Source: a virus. From it: a stretch of 64,000 bases of DNA. Shown one piece after another: positions 55,639 through 64,000 of this stretch. Each line of letters starts with the position of its first letter. The stretch's first letter is position 1. Both the position numbers and the translations under genes were made by a program. The notes below the pieces were generated by a model, which was not told the origin of the DNA, did not search any database, and saw nothing but the letters and a program-made list of their open reading frames with translations. The DNA lies in the IMG/VR virus record IMGVR_UViG_3300048999_000173, positions 1 through 64,000 of that record; one strand, 5' to 3'.

Positions 55639-56010
55639 GTGGCCGCATCACCCGTCAAGATCTTCGGCAGAGAGCCGTCCGTCATCCTCGGCGCGTTCGC
55701 GATCGTCGTGCAGTTCGTGTCCGCGTTCGTCATCAACGTCTCCCAGGACACCCAGACCGCCATCAACGCGGCCGCGGCCGCGGTCATCGGCTTCGCGGTG
55801 GCCTACATGGTCAAGGACGAGGGCACCTTCGCCGCGTTCACCGGCCTCGGGCAGGCCGCGCTCGCGCTCGCGATGAACATGGGCCTGCACTGGTCGGGCG
55901 ACAAGCAGACCGCGTTCATGGCGCTGTTCACCATCGTCGGCCAGTTCTGGCTGGTCAGGGACCGGGTCACCGCACCCGTCTCGAAGGAACAGCTCCGGCT
56001 CGCTGCCTGA
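55639..56010 (+). CDS. holin-like membrane protein
   Basis: IFGREP start; 3-4 TM segments; follows the endolysin. Confidence 0.8.
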   Translation: MAASPVKIFGREPSVILGAFAIVVQFVSAFVINVSQDTQTAINAAAAAVIGFAVAYMVKDEGTFAAFTGLGQAALALAMNMGLHWSGDKQTAFMALFTIVGQFWLVRDRVTAPVSKEQLRLAA

Positions 56011-56083
56011 CATGAGAATCCGACTCGCTGGCGTCTGTCTGGCAGCAGCCGCCAGCGAGCCCCCACCCACAAGGAGCGGCACC

Positions 56084-56416
56084 GTGAACGAGCTCCTGGG
56101 CATCGACGTCGCGCAAGGCGGCGCCGTAGCCCTCGTCACGCTGGTCGTGCTGCTCATCTTCTTCGGCAAACTCGTCCCCCGCCGCATCGTCGACGACGTC
56201 CGCGCCGATCGCAACGACCGCATCGCCGAACTGGCGGCGGAGCGCGATACGTGGCGCAACGCCTACGTGGAGAGCGAGAAGGCGCACAGGCAGTCGCAGA
56301 ACCAGGTCGACGAGCTGCTGGAACTGTCCCGAGCAGCCGACCACGTGCTGCGTTCGCTACGAGGGGAGGTGCCCGGGGATGCGATGGATAAGCCGGTTGC
56401 TGCACCGCCGTCCTAA
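56084..56416 (+). CDS. lysis-cassette membrane protein (1 TM plus coiled coil)
   Basis: AAGGAG RBS; GKLVPR...ERDTWR. Confidence 0.8.
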   Translation: MNELLGIDVAQGGAVALVTLVVLLIFFGKLVPRRIVDDVRADRNDRIAELAAERDTWRNAYVESEKAHRQSQNQVDELLELSRAADHVLRSLRGEVPGDAMDKPVAAPPS

Positions 56417-56618
56417 GCCCACCCCCACGCGCCCGGAGAACGCCACGCCAGGGCAACAGGCCGCCGAGAAGGCCCTGTTCCGCGCCCAGAATGCCCGCCG
56501 GGAAGCCGAGTCGCGCGGGCCCGCCGTCACCGAGGTCGCCAGACGCCTCGCGCGTGAGCGACAGCAAAACCACTTCGCGGAGATGTTCCGCAACGCCCTG
56601 GAGGGAGGCCACCACTGA
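56379..56618 (+). CDS. small lysis-cassette protein
   Basis: RQQNHFAEMF motif; GGGGAGG RBS. Confidence 0.75.
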   Translation: MRWISRLLHRRPKPTPTRPENATPGQQAAEKALFRAQNARREAESRGPAVTEVARRLARERQQNHFAEMFRNALEGGHH

Positions 56619-56965
56619 TGGACTGCGCACAAGTCGCCAACACAGCCGCATCAAGCCTGGTCGCCCTATGCAGCCTGGTCTTCGCTGCGGTGTACCACCG
56701 GAGAGCCCCCTGGAGATCGACTCCGGTGGGACGCCACCTCATGATCTTCACCCTGGCCATAGGCGCGCTAGGCGCCTACACCGTCATCGTCACGGCCTGG
56801 CCCGACGGCCCCGTCGCCACCGTGCTGCGCTTCGCCCGCACCCTGCTCCTCCTGCTGATCGCCGTCCTGGTCATGCAACGCACTCGCATGGTCGTCATCG
56901 CACAGCACCCCCACCCGGAACAGGGAACCCAACCTGACCGAACCGGTCCGCAAGAACTGGAGTGA
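56618..56965 (+). CDS. putative holin (3 TM)
   Basis: APWRSTPVGRHLM motif typical of actinophage lysis cassettes. Confidence 0.75.
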   Translation: MDCAQVANTAASSLVALCSLVFAAVYHRRAPWRSTPVGRHLMIFTLAIGALGAYTVIVTAWPDGPVATVLRFARTLLLLLIAVLVMQRTRMVVIAQHPHPEQGTQPDRTGPQELE

Positions 56966-56971
56966 CACACC

Positions 56972-57409
56972 ATGGCCACCATCACCTTCAACGTAGCCCT
57001 CGGGCGGGCCTCCGCGCTGGCCGCACTGCCCGCCGCGAGCGACGCACTCATCCTGATCCCGCTGGAGTCCAGCGGGCTGGAGAGCGACGCGGTCCTGAAG
57101 GACAAGGACACCTTCGCCGACGTTGTCTCGGGCACCACCAACGAGCAGACCAGCGTCGGCCGCAAGACCCTGTCGGGCATCACGGTCACGGTCAACGACA
57201 CCCTCGACCGCGTAGAAGTCGACGCCGCGGACGTGTCCTGGACGTCGCCGACCGGGAACCCCGTCGGAGCGGCGGTGATCGTCTACGACCCGGACGCCAC
57301 CACCGGCACGGACGCCGATCTGATCCCCGTTACCAAGGCCGATGTGGTGTGGTCGCCGGACGGCACCACCTTCACCCTGGCCATCGCCGACTTCTTCCGG
57401 GCCAGCTAG
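56972..57409 (+). CDS. putative structural protein of the second fibre module
   Basis: beta-rich; DAADVSW, PDGTTFT. Confidence 0.7.
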   Translation: MATITFNVALGRASALAALPAASDALILIPLESSGLESDAVLKDKDTFADVVSGTTNEQTSVGRKTLSGITVTVNDTLDRVEVDAADVSWTSPTGNPVGAAVIVYDPDATTGTDADLIPVTKADVVWSPDGTTFTLAIADFFRAS

Positions 57410-57420
57410 GCCCAACCGCC

Positions 57421-58665
57421 GTGACGACCTTCACCGACGACTTCAACAGGGCCAACTCCACCGACCTGGGGGCCAACTGGGTTGAGGTGTCCGGCGACTG
57501 GTCGATCGTCTCGAACCAACTCTCCCCGGGCGCGGCGGGCGGCACGATCATCCTGCGTGCCACCGGTGCGATGGCCAGCAGCGACCACTTCGCGCAGGTC
57601 ACGATCGCCGCAACAACGTCGGCGTCCCAAGGTGTGTGGTGCCGCGGCAACAGCAACATCAGCCAGGGCTACCTGCTGCGCAACAACGGCACCTCGTGGG
57701 ACCTGTTCTCCGTCGTCGGCGCATCCTTCGTCGTCATCGGCACCTACACGGCAGCAGCAGCACCAGGCGACGTGGCGAAGATCCAGGCCGTCGGAAGCCT
57801 CATCAAGGGGTTCATCAACGGGATCGAACGGATCAGCGTCACGAACACTGCCGTCACGGCAGGCACCAGCGTCGGGATTCGCTCCGACTCGGCCGGCGCC
57901 GTCAAGTACGACAACTTCTCCGCCGGAGACGTCACCGCAGGAGCGACCCTCGGCACCGCCAGCAGCACCGAGACCGCCCAACCGCTTACCGGCGCGAAGG
58001 CGGACACGCTCAACACTGCCACGGAAACTGACGCCGCGCAGGGCCTCACCGGATCCAAGGCAAGCACCCTCGGCACCGCCAGCGCCTCCGAATCTGCCCA
58101 GCCGCTCACAGGCTCCAAGGCGGCCACGCTCGCCGCCGCCGGAGAAACGGAGGCTGCGCAGCCCCTCACCGGCGCCAAGTCCGCAGCCCTCGCCCCGGCT
58201 GTCGAGCACGACGCGGCGCAGGACGTCGCCGGGGGCAAGACGGCCACCCTCGACGTCGCCGGTACCACCGAAACCGCTCAGCCCCTCACCGGAACCAAGA
58301 CGACCGGTCTCGCGCCAGCCGGCGAACAGGACACCGCCCAGGGCCCCGTTGGGGCGAAGACGGCCACGCTCGACGTTGCGACCTCCGTCGAAGCCGCGCA
58401 ACCTCTCACCGGGTTCGTCCCTGAGGTGCTCGGGACGGCCACTGATGTTGAGACGGCCCTGCCGCTCACCGGCTCCAAGACCGCCGCACTCGGGACCGCA
58501 GTCGAAGCCGACACAGCGCACCCCCTCACCACACCGTCCACCACCATCCCCAGCCCGGAACGCACGTACAAGATCCCGGCCGAGCCCCGGCGTCTCGCCG
58601 TGGCCGCCGAGAACCGGCGATACGCCGTGCCTGCCGAGCACCGCACCCTGATCGTTCGGAGGTAG
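57421..58665 (+). CDS. fibre-like protein: lectin-like N-terminal domain plus ~10 x 20-aa repeats
   Basis: FTDDFNRANS..LGANW...YDNF; LGTAxxxETAQPLTGxK repeats with a 60-bp period. Confidence 0.8.
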   Translation: MTTFTDDFNRANSTDLGANWVEVSGDWSIVSNQLSPGAAGGTIILRATGAMASSDHFAQVTIAATTSASQGVWCRGNSNISQGYLLRNNGTSWDLFSVVGASFVVIGTYTAAAAPGDVAKIQAVGSLIKGFINGIERISVTNTAVTAGTSVGIRSDSAGAVKYDNFSAGDVTAGATLGTASSTETAQPLTGAKADTLNTATETDAAQGLTGSKASTLGTASASESAQPLTGSKAATLAAAGETEAAQPLTGAKSAALAPAVEHDAAQDVAGGKTATLDVAGTTETAQPLTGTKTTGLAPAGEQDTAQGPVGAKTATLDVATSVEAAQPLTGFVPEVLGTATDVETALPLTGSKTAALGTAVEADTAHPLTTPSTTIPSPERTYKIPAEPRRLAVAAENRRYAVPAEHRTLIVRR

Positions 58666-58670
58666 TCCGC

Positions 58671-58985
58671 GTGTCCGACTTCGTCGTGGTCCGCGTGGCC
58701 AACAACTACGTCAAGAGCTACATCAAGGACCCCACAGCACGGCTGGACTACACCTGGGACTGGGCGAAGTGGCTGGACGATATCGACGACACCATCGGCA
58801 CCGCGACCGTCGCGCTGCCCGAGGGCCTCACGGCCGTTGGGGACCCCGTCGTGAACGGCGCTTTCGTCACCCAGGTGGTTGAGGACGGGGACCTCGGAAG
58901 CGTCTACAGGATGATCTGCCACATCACCACGGAGGGCGGACGTGTCGACCAGCGGTCGATCTACCTGACGATCGGCGACCGCTGA
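58671..58985 (+). CDS. fibre-tail adaptor-like protein
   Basis: KDPTARLDYTWDWAKWL...ITTEGGRVDQRSI. Confidence 0.75.
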   Translation: MSDFVVVRVANNYVKSYIKDPTARLDYTWDWAKWLDDIDDTIGTATVALPEGLTAVGDPVVNGAFVTQVVEDGDLGSVYRMICHITTEGGRVDQRSIYLTIGDR

Positions 58986-59020
58986 CCGGCAGCGGGCCCG
59001 GGCGTACGTACGATGGCCGC

Positions 59021-59185
59021 ATGACCAGCACTTCACCGATGCCCGTCCCGCCCGCGCCGGTGTGCTCGCCCGCCCAGGTCGGCCCGTGCACGGGCTGCGG
59101 GTACCCCACCCACCGCTACGGGCCCGGCGGCTGCCCGCTCTGTGTGGTGTGCCTCTCCGCCCTGGAGACGGCGCGCGGCAAGTAG
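59021..59185 (+). CDS. 54-aa Zn-binding protein, probably leaderless
   Basis: CTGC...HRYG.GG.PLCVVC; TACGAT 6 nt before ATG. Confidence 0.65.
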   Translation: MTSTSPMPVPPAPVCSPAQVGPCTGCGYPTHRYGPGGCPLCVVCLSALETARGK

Positions 59186-59221
59186 GCGGCGGAGTGCCGT
59201 TGTAAGTGCGGCGGCGTAGCG

Positions 59222-59461
59222 CTACTTCTTGGTGGCCGCCCGGGTGCTGCGGATGATGGCCAGGCAGTCCGGGCACCACCGTTCGCCCGGCTTGTCCAGA
59301 CTCAACGGCACATCCTGCTTCGGCGGCGGGAAAACGATGCCGTCAGTGGTGGAGCAGGCGATGCCCTGGAACTCCTCCGAGACTCGGCCGACGGGCTTGT
59401 GCCAGACGATCGACTCCTCCCAGACGGTTGCTCCTTGGGCGCGTTCGCGTGTTGCCAGCAT
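59222..59461 (-). CDS. small Zn-binding protein
   Basis: AAGGA RBS; WH..C..WCPDC. Confidence 0.7.
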   Translation of the reverse strand: MLATRERAQGATVWEESIVWHKPVGRVSEEFQGIACSTTDGIVFPPPKQDVPLSLDKPGERWCPDCLAIIRSTRAATKK

Positions 59462-59472
59462 GGTCGGTGTCC

Positions 59473-59994
59473 TTACTTCTTGGGAGCCCGCCTCTTTGGA
59501 CGCGGGGTGCTCAGCAAGTCGGCCAGGTGGTGTGCAGAGTCGGAGGCGTCGTTGATTCCCTGCGGGTCGACAGGACCGGTTTTCTCCGTACGGTCGATGG
59601 CGGTGAAGAACGTCTGAACGAGGTCGTCAGGCATCCGGTACCCAACCACCTTGCCGAACCCCGGCCCCTGCGCCTCGATGGGGGCGGGCATGTTCTCCGG
59701 CCACAGGCCGCGCATGAACCCGCGCTGGAGTGCCCGGCTCAACGCTGCACTGTGGCCGCGAAGGCTGGAGTTCTCGTCGTTGCGCAGTTCCTCAGCAGGA
59801 ACGTAGCCGTCGCGGATCACGGCCTCCCTGACGATGCGGCGCGCACGGGCAGGGAGGGATCGGTAGTAGTCCTCGGCTCGCTCCACGGTCCACGCGGTGT
59901 CCATCTCGACGTCGGCCGTGTGTTCGGCCAGGAGGGCGAGCAGCTTGGCCTGGAAGTCTCCGGTGGGTTGGTCGATGGTGACGGTGATTCGCAT
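59473..59994 (-). CDS. hypothetical protein, possibly winged-helix
   Basis: GGAGAG RBS; SLPARARRIVREAV...SLRGHSAAL. Confidence 0.75.
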   Translation of the reverse strand: MRITVTIDQPTGDFQAKLLALLAEHTADVEMDTAWTVERAEDYYRSLPARARRIVREAVIRDGYVPAEELRNDENSSLRGHSAALSRALQRGFMRGLWPENMPAPIEAQGPGFGKVVGYRMPDDLVQTFFTAIDRTEKTGPVDPQGINDASDSAHHLADLLSTPRPKRRAPKK

Positions 59995-60165
59995 ACGGCT
60001 CTCCGTAGCAACAGACGTGAATAGATGTGTAACTTACGAGTAGAGCGTCCTGTAGTCCGTCTCGTTAGTCAACCGTCTATCCACTTCTATCGCATGACGG
60101 GGGATCACCTGCTCTGGTTTTGGATAAGCTCACATATGGCTTGTGATCACCGGTAGAATTTGACC

Positions 60166-60573
60166 ATGACTCAGACCGCCGACGACCTGGTGCAGTTTCT
60201 GCATGTCCGACTCGAAGAAGAAGAGCAACTCGCGCAGGCGGCAACGCCGGGCCCGTGGAAGCAGAACGGCATCGGCGAATACGGATGGACGGTCAGCTTC
60301 AGTCGACCGGGCTCCGGGGTAGAGACCGAGGACAGCGGCCAGGGGCGCGCCGACGCCGACTACATCGCCGCGCACGCCCCCGAGCGCGCCCTGCGGGAGA
60401 TCGCCTTCAAGATGAGCCTCCTGACCGAGTACACCAAGGAGGAGTGGGTGATGAAGCAGGGGCACCGCAGCGGATGGACTGAGGGCGGCCAGTCCGTACG
60501 CGACCTCCTCATCAAGGAGTGGGCCTCCGCCTACGACGCCCACCCCGAGTACCGCCAGGAGTGGCGGCCGTGA
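60166..60573 (+). CDS. DUF6221 family protein, probably leaderless
   Basis: FLHVRLEEEE..A..ATPGPW, IAAHAPERALREI, YDAHPEYRQEWRP; TAGAAT 6 nt before ATG. Confidence 0.85.
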   Translation: MTQTADDLVQFLHVRLEEEEQLAQAATPGPWKQNGIGEYGWTVSFSRPGSGVETEDSGQGRADADYIAAHAPERALREIAFKMSLLTEYTKEEWVMKQGHRSGWTEGGQSVRDLLIKEWASAYDAHPEYRQEWRP

Positions 60574-61601
60574 GCGCTGACAACCTGCCCGCCAGACCCG
60601 CCGAACGCCCGCTCCTGCCCGCAGAGTTCGACGACGAGCTGCGCGCGCGCCTCGCCGCCCTCGACTCCGCCTCCGACGAACACGCCGCCGACCAACGCCC
60701 CGACAACACCACCCGCGCCTACGCCGGAGACTGGAAGACCTGGGAAGCCTTCTGCACCCAACTCCAGATCCCCCCAACGGCTGCCACCCGCGGCACGCTG
60801 CGCGCGTTCGTCGACTACCTGTGGAACCGGGAGAAGCGCGCCTACACCACCATCGACCGCAAACTCGCCGGGCTCGTCGTCACCCTCCGGCGGCCGCCGT
60901 ACAACGTCCTCGTCGACCCCGACGCCACCCGCGCCGCCCGGGAACTGCTGAAGGACTACCGCAAGAAGGCCGACGCGGCAGAGGAGCCCGCGCGCGGCCG
61001 CGGCAAAGCCCCCGCCATGCGCCTGGTCGACCTGAGGCTCATCGTCTCCAAGTGCGACACCGACATCTTCGGCCTCCGCGACCGCGCGATGATCCTGCTC
61101 GGGTTCTCCATCGCCGCACGCCGCGCCGAGTTGGCCGGGCTCCGGCTGCGGAACATCCGCGACGACGACAACGGCCTCCTGGTCGACGTCCGCGTCTCCA
61201 AGACCGAACCCCGCACGGTGGCTGTGCCGTACGGGCAGCATGCGGCCACCTGCCCCGTGAAGGCGTGGCAGGCCTGGCGAGACGCCGCGCAGATCGCCGA
61301 CCCGGACCGGCACGCCTTCCGCCGTATCCACCACACCGGCTCCGTACAGCCCCAGGGTCTCACCCCGCAGCGCGCCGGCGACCTCATCACCGCCGCCGGG
61401 CTGCGCGCAGGGTTCGAGGAACTCTTCACAGGGCACTCCGTGCGCTCCGGCATGGCCACCGAGGCACGCCGTGCAGGGAAGGACCGCAAGGCCATCGCCG
61501 CGGTCACCGGGCACGCGGACGGCTCCAAGGTCCTGGACGGCTACATGCGGATCGTCGACCAGTGGAGCGAGCAGGACAACGCCCTCATCGGTCTCATGTA
61601 G
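60570..61601 (+). CDS. Cre-like tyrosine recombinase / resolvase
   Basis: NTTRAY..DW; RDRAMILLGF..AARRAEL; SKT; GHSVRSG; TGH; GY - full catalytic set. Confidence 0.92.
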   Translation: MSADNLPARPAERPLLPAEFDDELRARLAALDSASDEHAADQRPDNTTRAYAGDWKTWEAFCTQLQIPPTAATRGTLRAFVDYLWNREKRAYTTIDRKLAGLVVTLRRPPYNVLVDPDATRAARELLKDYRKKADAAEEPARGRGKAPAMRLVDLRLIVSKCDTDIFGLRDRAMILLGFSIAARRAELAGLRLRNIRDDDNGLLVDVRVSKTEPRTVAVPYGQHAATCPVKAWQAWRDAAQIADPDRHAFRRIHHTGSVQPQGLTPQRAGDLITAAGLRAGFEELFTGHSVRSGMATEARRAGKDRKAIAAVTGHADGSKVLDGYMRIVDQWSEQDNALIGLM

Positions 61602-62550
61602 CAGGCGCTGCCTCACCGTTGGCGGCTTGCCTGGCCCGGCGCTGCGCCCGCACCCCGGTACCCGGCTTGTCCTGGGCGTCCCAGTCCGGCTCCGGTCCTG
61701 GGTCCTTCGTCGCGACCTTCGTGACGGTCAGGCCGACCGCGCAGCCGCGGGTGTGCTGGCTGGTGTCGCACGTCAGCAGCCGCACCCGACTCCCGGAAAG
61801 GGCCTGGATCGCGACGGCCCGGTCAATGACCTCGTCGTCGGCAAGGGGGAGGCGGATGTGGCCGGGCTGGTCCAGGACGATCTCCATGCTGAGCTGGCCC
61901 CGCCACAGGGCAGGCTCGCCGTCCATGTCCGCGTACCGCAGGACCCCAGACGTCTTCCCGTTGAGAGTGCCGTCCAGAAGACCCAGCGTGTGGCCCGCAC
62001 GCCAGCGGGACCGCTGCTTACCCGCCTCCTTCATCCCGTCAAGCTCGTCGACGACCACGATGGGGAACACCAGACGGATGTGCTCGGCCGGCGGCAGGCT
62101 GAGGATCTGGTGCAGGTCGGCGTCGGCCAGCATGGCGGGGTTCTGAACGTAGAAGCTGGAGTCCGCTACGACCAGCCACTCCCTCCCGTCCCACCGCGTC
62201 GACTGCTCCCTCAGGAAAGTGACCGCCGCGGACAGGGCACCGACCCGGTCCTCCAGTTCCTGGCTGACGAGCAGGTTCACCAGCCGCTGCTGCGAGGAGC
62301 CGGCCAGATGCCCGACGCCGTCCAGGAGTGTGTCATGACGCCTGGTCAGCACCAGGGTGGTCAGATCCTCCTGGCTGACCATGTTCCGCAACCGCCTCGT
62401 GGACAGCTGCGCCCACTCCAGGTAGTTCAGCAGACGGTCGTACGCAGTCCCAGAGCCGCCGCCCTGAGCGTTCATCGCTTCCGAGTGCACGGTCTGAAGA
62501 ACCTGGAGGAGGTCGTCCCTGTTGATCCCTGGACGGGGCGTGATGAGCAT
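61594..62550 (-). CDS. PIN domain protein
   Basis: VVADSSFY, PIVVVDELDGMK, ADDEVI, LLTCD; CAGGAT 6 nt before ATG. Confidence 0.85.
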   Translation of the reverse strand: MLITPRPGINRDDLLQVLQTVHSEAMNAQGGGSGTAYDRLLNYLEWAQLSTRRLRNMVSQEDLTTLVLTRRHDTLLDGVGHLAGSSQQRLVNLLVSQELEDRVGALSAAVTFLREQSTRWDGREWLVVADSSFYVQNPAMLADADLHQILSLPPAEHIRLVFPIVVVDELDGMKEAGKQRSRWRAGHTLGLLDGTLNGKTSGVLRYADMDGEPALWRGQLSMEIVLDQPGHIRLPLADDEVIDRAVAIQALSGSRVRLLTCDTSQHTRGCAVGLTVTKVATKDPGPEPDWDAQDKPGTGVRAQRRARQAANGEAAPAT

Positions 62551-62594
62551 GGGCTGATCCTGCCAGGCAGCGCTGACAGAGGAACCCGACTTAC

Positions 62595-63443
62595 TCAGCT
62601 CATCCCGACCGGCGGGGTGTCCCAGAACCCGGTGTGAGCGACGGCGTCGGCCGTGACGTGGCCGAGCATGGGGTCGGCGGAACAGATGGACCCGATCAGC
62701 TTGTTCGGGTACTCCGCGGTGATGGGCCGCCCGCCCTGGCCCAGGACCAGCGCGTGGACCCCCTCCGCAGGGCGGACCCGGTGGGGAAGGTAGGCGTTGA
62801 CCGCGCTGGCAGTGACCCTGTTCAGGACGTGCTTCGGGCCTACCGACTCGAATGCGTAGTCGGGCGCCCGGACTTCGTAGCCGCCGTTGTCCAGCGGGTA
62901 CAGGTGGCGGATGTCGACGCGGGTGACTTCCGCCGGTCGCAGGCCTTCGAGGAGGAGGAAGGCGACGACCCGGTCGCGCAGGTAGTGGCGGGCGGGCGGC
63001 CCCCACTGGCCGATGCACACCAGCAGCGCGGAGCGTTCCTCCGGGGTGAGGCGGCGCGGGTTGCCGGCGGCCCGGTCCAGGCCGGAGCGCAGCATCGTCA
63101 GGTCGGGGATGAGGCGGATCTGCCCGCGGTCGCGGCATGCCTTGTTGAACTGGTTGACGGCGGTGACCCGGCGGTCGTGGGTGAGGGCGGCGTCGGGGTG
63201 GTGTTCGGCGACGTGCGCGAGCGCGGCGGGGTCGTTGAAGAGGCGGCCCTCGAGCTGCTCGGTGAGGAAGGTGCCGCACCAGGCGGCGACGTGCTCAATT
63301 CCGCAGTCGTAGGGGTCGACGGGGGGATGCTGCCGGGTGCACCAGGACAGCCACCGGCTGATCTCACGCCGGTACTCGACCTGGCTGGAGGGGCGCAGGG
63401 TGCCGTCGGTGAGCCAGTCGTCCAGGAGCGCGTGGGGGTCCAT
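62595..63443 (-). CDS. tyrosine recombinase-fold protein lacking HxxR and the catalytic Tyr
   Basis: LRPSSQVEYRREI; RDRVVAFLLLEGLRPAEV; ends VTADAVAHTGFWDTPPVGMS. Confidence 0.75.
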   Translation of the reverse strand: MDPHALLDDWLTDGTLRPSSQVEYRREISRWLSWCTRQHPPVDPYDCGIEHVAAWCGTFLTEQLEGRLFNDPAALAHVAEHHPDAALTHDRRVTAVNQFNKACRDRGQIRLIPDLTMLRSGLDRAAGNPRRLTPEERSALLVCIGQWGPPARHYLRDRVVAFLLLEGLRPAEVTRVDIRHLYPLDNGGYEVRAPDYAFESVGPKHVLNRVTASAVNAYLPHRVRPAEGVHALVLGQGGRPITAEYPNKLIGSICSADPMLGHVTADAVAHTGFWDTPPVGMS

Positions 63444-63482
63444 GGGCCCTCAGTATGCCGCCACTCCACACAAGATCAAGGA

Positions 63483-63603
63483 TTTACGTAAAACTTCGGA
63501 GCCCCCACCCACTAGGAGAGGGGCGCGGGGGCGAGACGCGGGGTTCCGGCGTCGTGCACCACAAACAGCTCCTGGGCTGAGGCGTCCCGAAGTTTTACGC
63601 AAA
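63483..63603. repeat. 17-bp AT-rich inverted repeat with an 87-bp spacer
   Basis: TTTACGTAAAACTTCGG (63483-63499) / CCGAAGTTTTACGCAAA (63587-63603), 16/17 match. Confidence 0.7.
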
Positions 63604-63719
63604 GATCATGACGATGCGGGGGACGGCCCTCTCGGGCCCCTCCCTCAGGTCGTGCGATCACGCTATGACGGAACCGGCGGTTTGTCTGAGCCGCCTTCCC
63701 CCTGCATCCCTCCGCCGGG

Positions 63720-64000
63720 TCAGTCCATCCCCGGGTAGCACATCGCGTGGTCCTCGCCCGGCTGCTTCTCCCGGCCGCACCAGCAGATGTCCCGCTCCGG
63801 CCGTGCGCTCCCCTGACGGGCGCGGGCCTCCTGAACGGCATCCTCGACACCGTTCTCGTAGAAGCGGTTGAAGACCCCGCCGGCCAGGCCCTCGTAGAGG
63901 GCGCCGACGAGCACACTGCCGCCCGCGAGGATCTTCTCCTCCTGATTGCCCTTCATCCGACCCAGCAGTGCGGCCAGGAACACGGACTCGTCATGGGACA
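63720..64000 (-). CDS. hypothetical protein, 5' end probably outside the window
   Basis: frame is open to the window edge; C-terminal CWC..H..C. Confidence 0.55.
   Translation of the reverse strand, partial: SHDESVFLAALLGRMKGNQEEKILAGGSVLVGALYEGLAGGVFNRFYENGVEDAVQEARARQGSARPERDICWCGREKQPGEDHAMCYPGMD

Noticed and set aside
57949-58530. 60-bp periodic repeats as a CRISPR array
   Set aside because: They are degenerate in-frame protein repeats, with no unique spacers and no cas genes.
63519-63550. Resemblance of GGGGCGAGACGCGGGTT to lambda cos
   Set aside because: Short GC-rich match far from the terminase genes; cannot be supported without virion end sequencing.
1-64000. tRNA or rRNA genes, IS elements, att sites
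   Set aside because: None recognised by eye; tRNAscan-SE and ISEScan would be needed to exclude them formally.

Overview
The window is very high-GC actinomycete (Streptomyces-like) DNA. It covers much of what looks like a conjugative phage-plasmid or prophage-like element, similar in architecture to described Streptomyces plasmid-phages such as pZL12. From left to right: (1) 0.1-15.8 kb, small accessory genes (DUF1643, nucleoside deoxyribosyltransferase-like, MazG-like, NERD, ASCH, an N6/N4 DNA methyltransferase, an ImmA/IrrE homologue lacking its catalytic Glu, GIY-YIG). (2) 15.8-19.3 kb, a frameshifted HTH replication-initiator-like gene containing iteron-like palindromes, plus regulators. 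(3) 19.5-29.4 kb, a transfer/spread operon ending in a TraB-type FtsK/SpoIIIE translocase. (4) 30.3-59 kb, an apparently complete siphovirus morphogenesis and lysis module: TerS/TerL, portal, scaffold, decoration protein, capsid, neck, tail tube, chaperone with -1 frameshift, 1747-aa tape measure, tail tip, papain-like protease, CHAP endolysin, holins and a second fibre module. (5) 59-64 kb, a Cre-like tyrosine recombinase, a PIN-domain protein and a catalytically incomplete tyrosine recombinase. The strongest novelty candidate is at 7.9-9.6 kb: a small secreted pre-peptide carrying two identical DTTWG units (one C-terminal), divergent from a TrmB-sensor/LuxR regulator. This is a possible arbitrium-like peptide communication system with a non-RRNPP receptor. 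Repeated leader motifs also precede several late genes. All family assignments come from reading motifs by eye; no searches were run.
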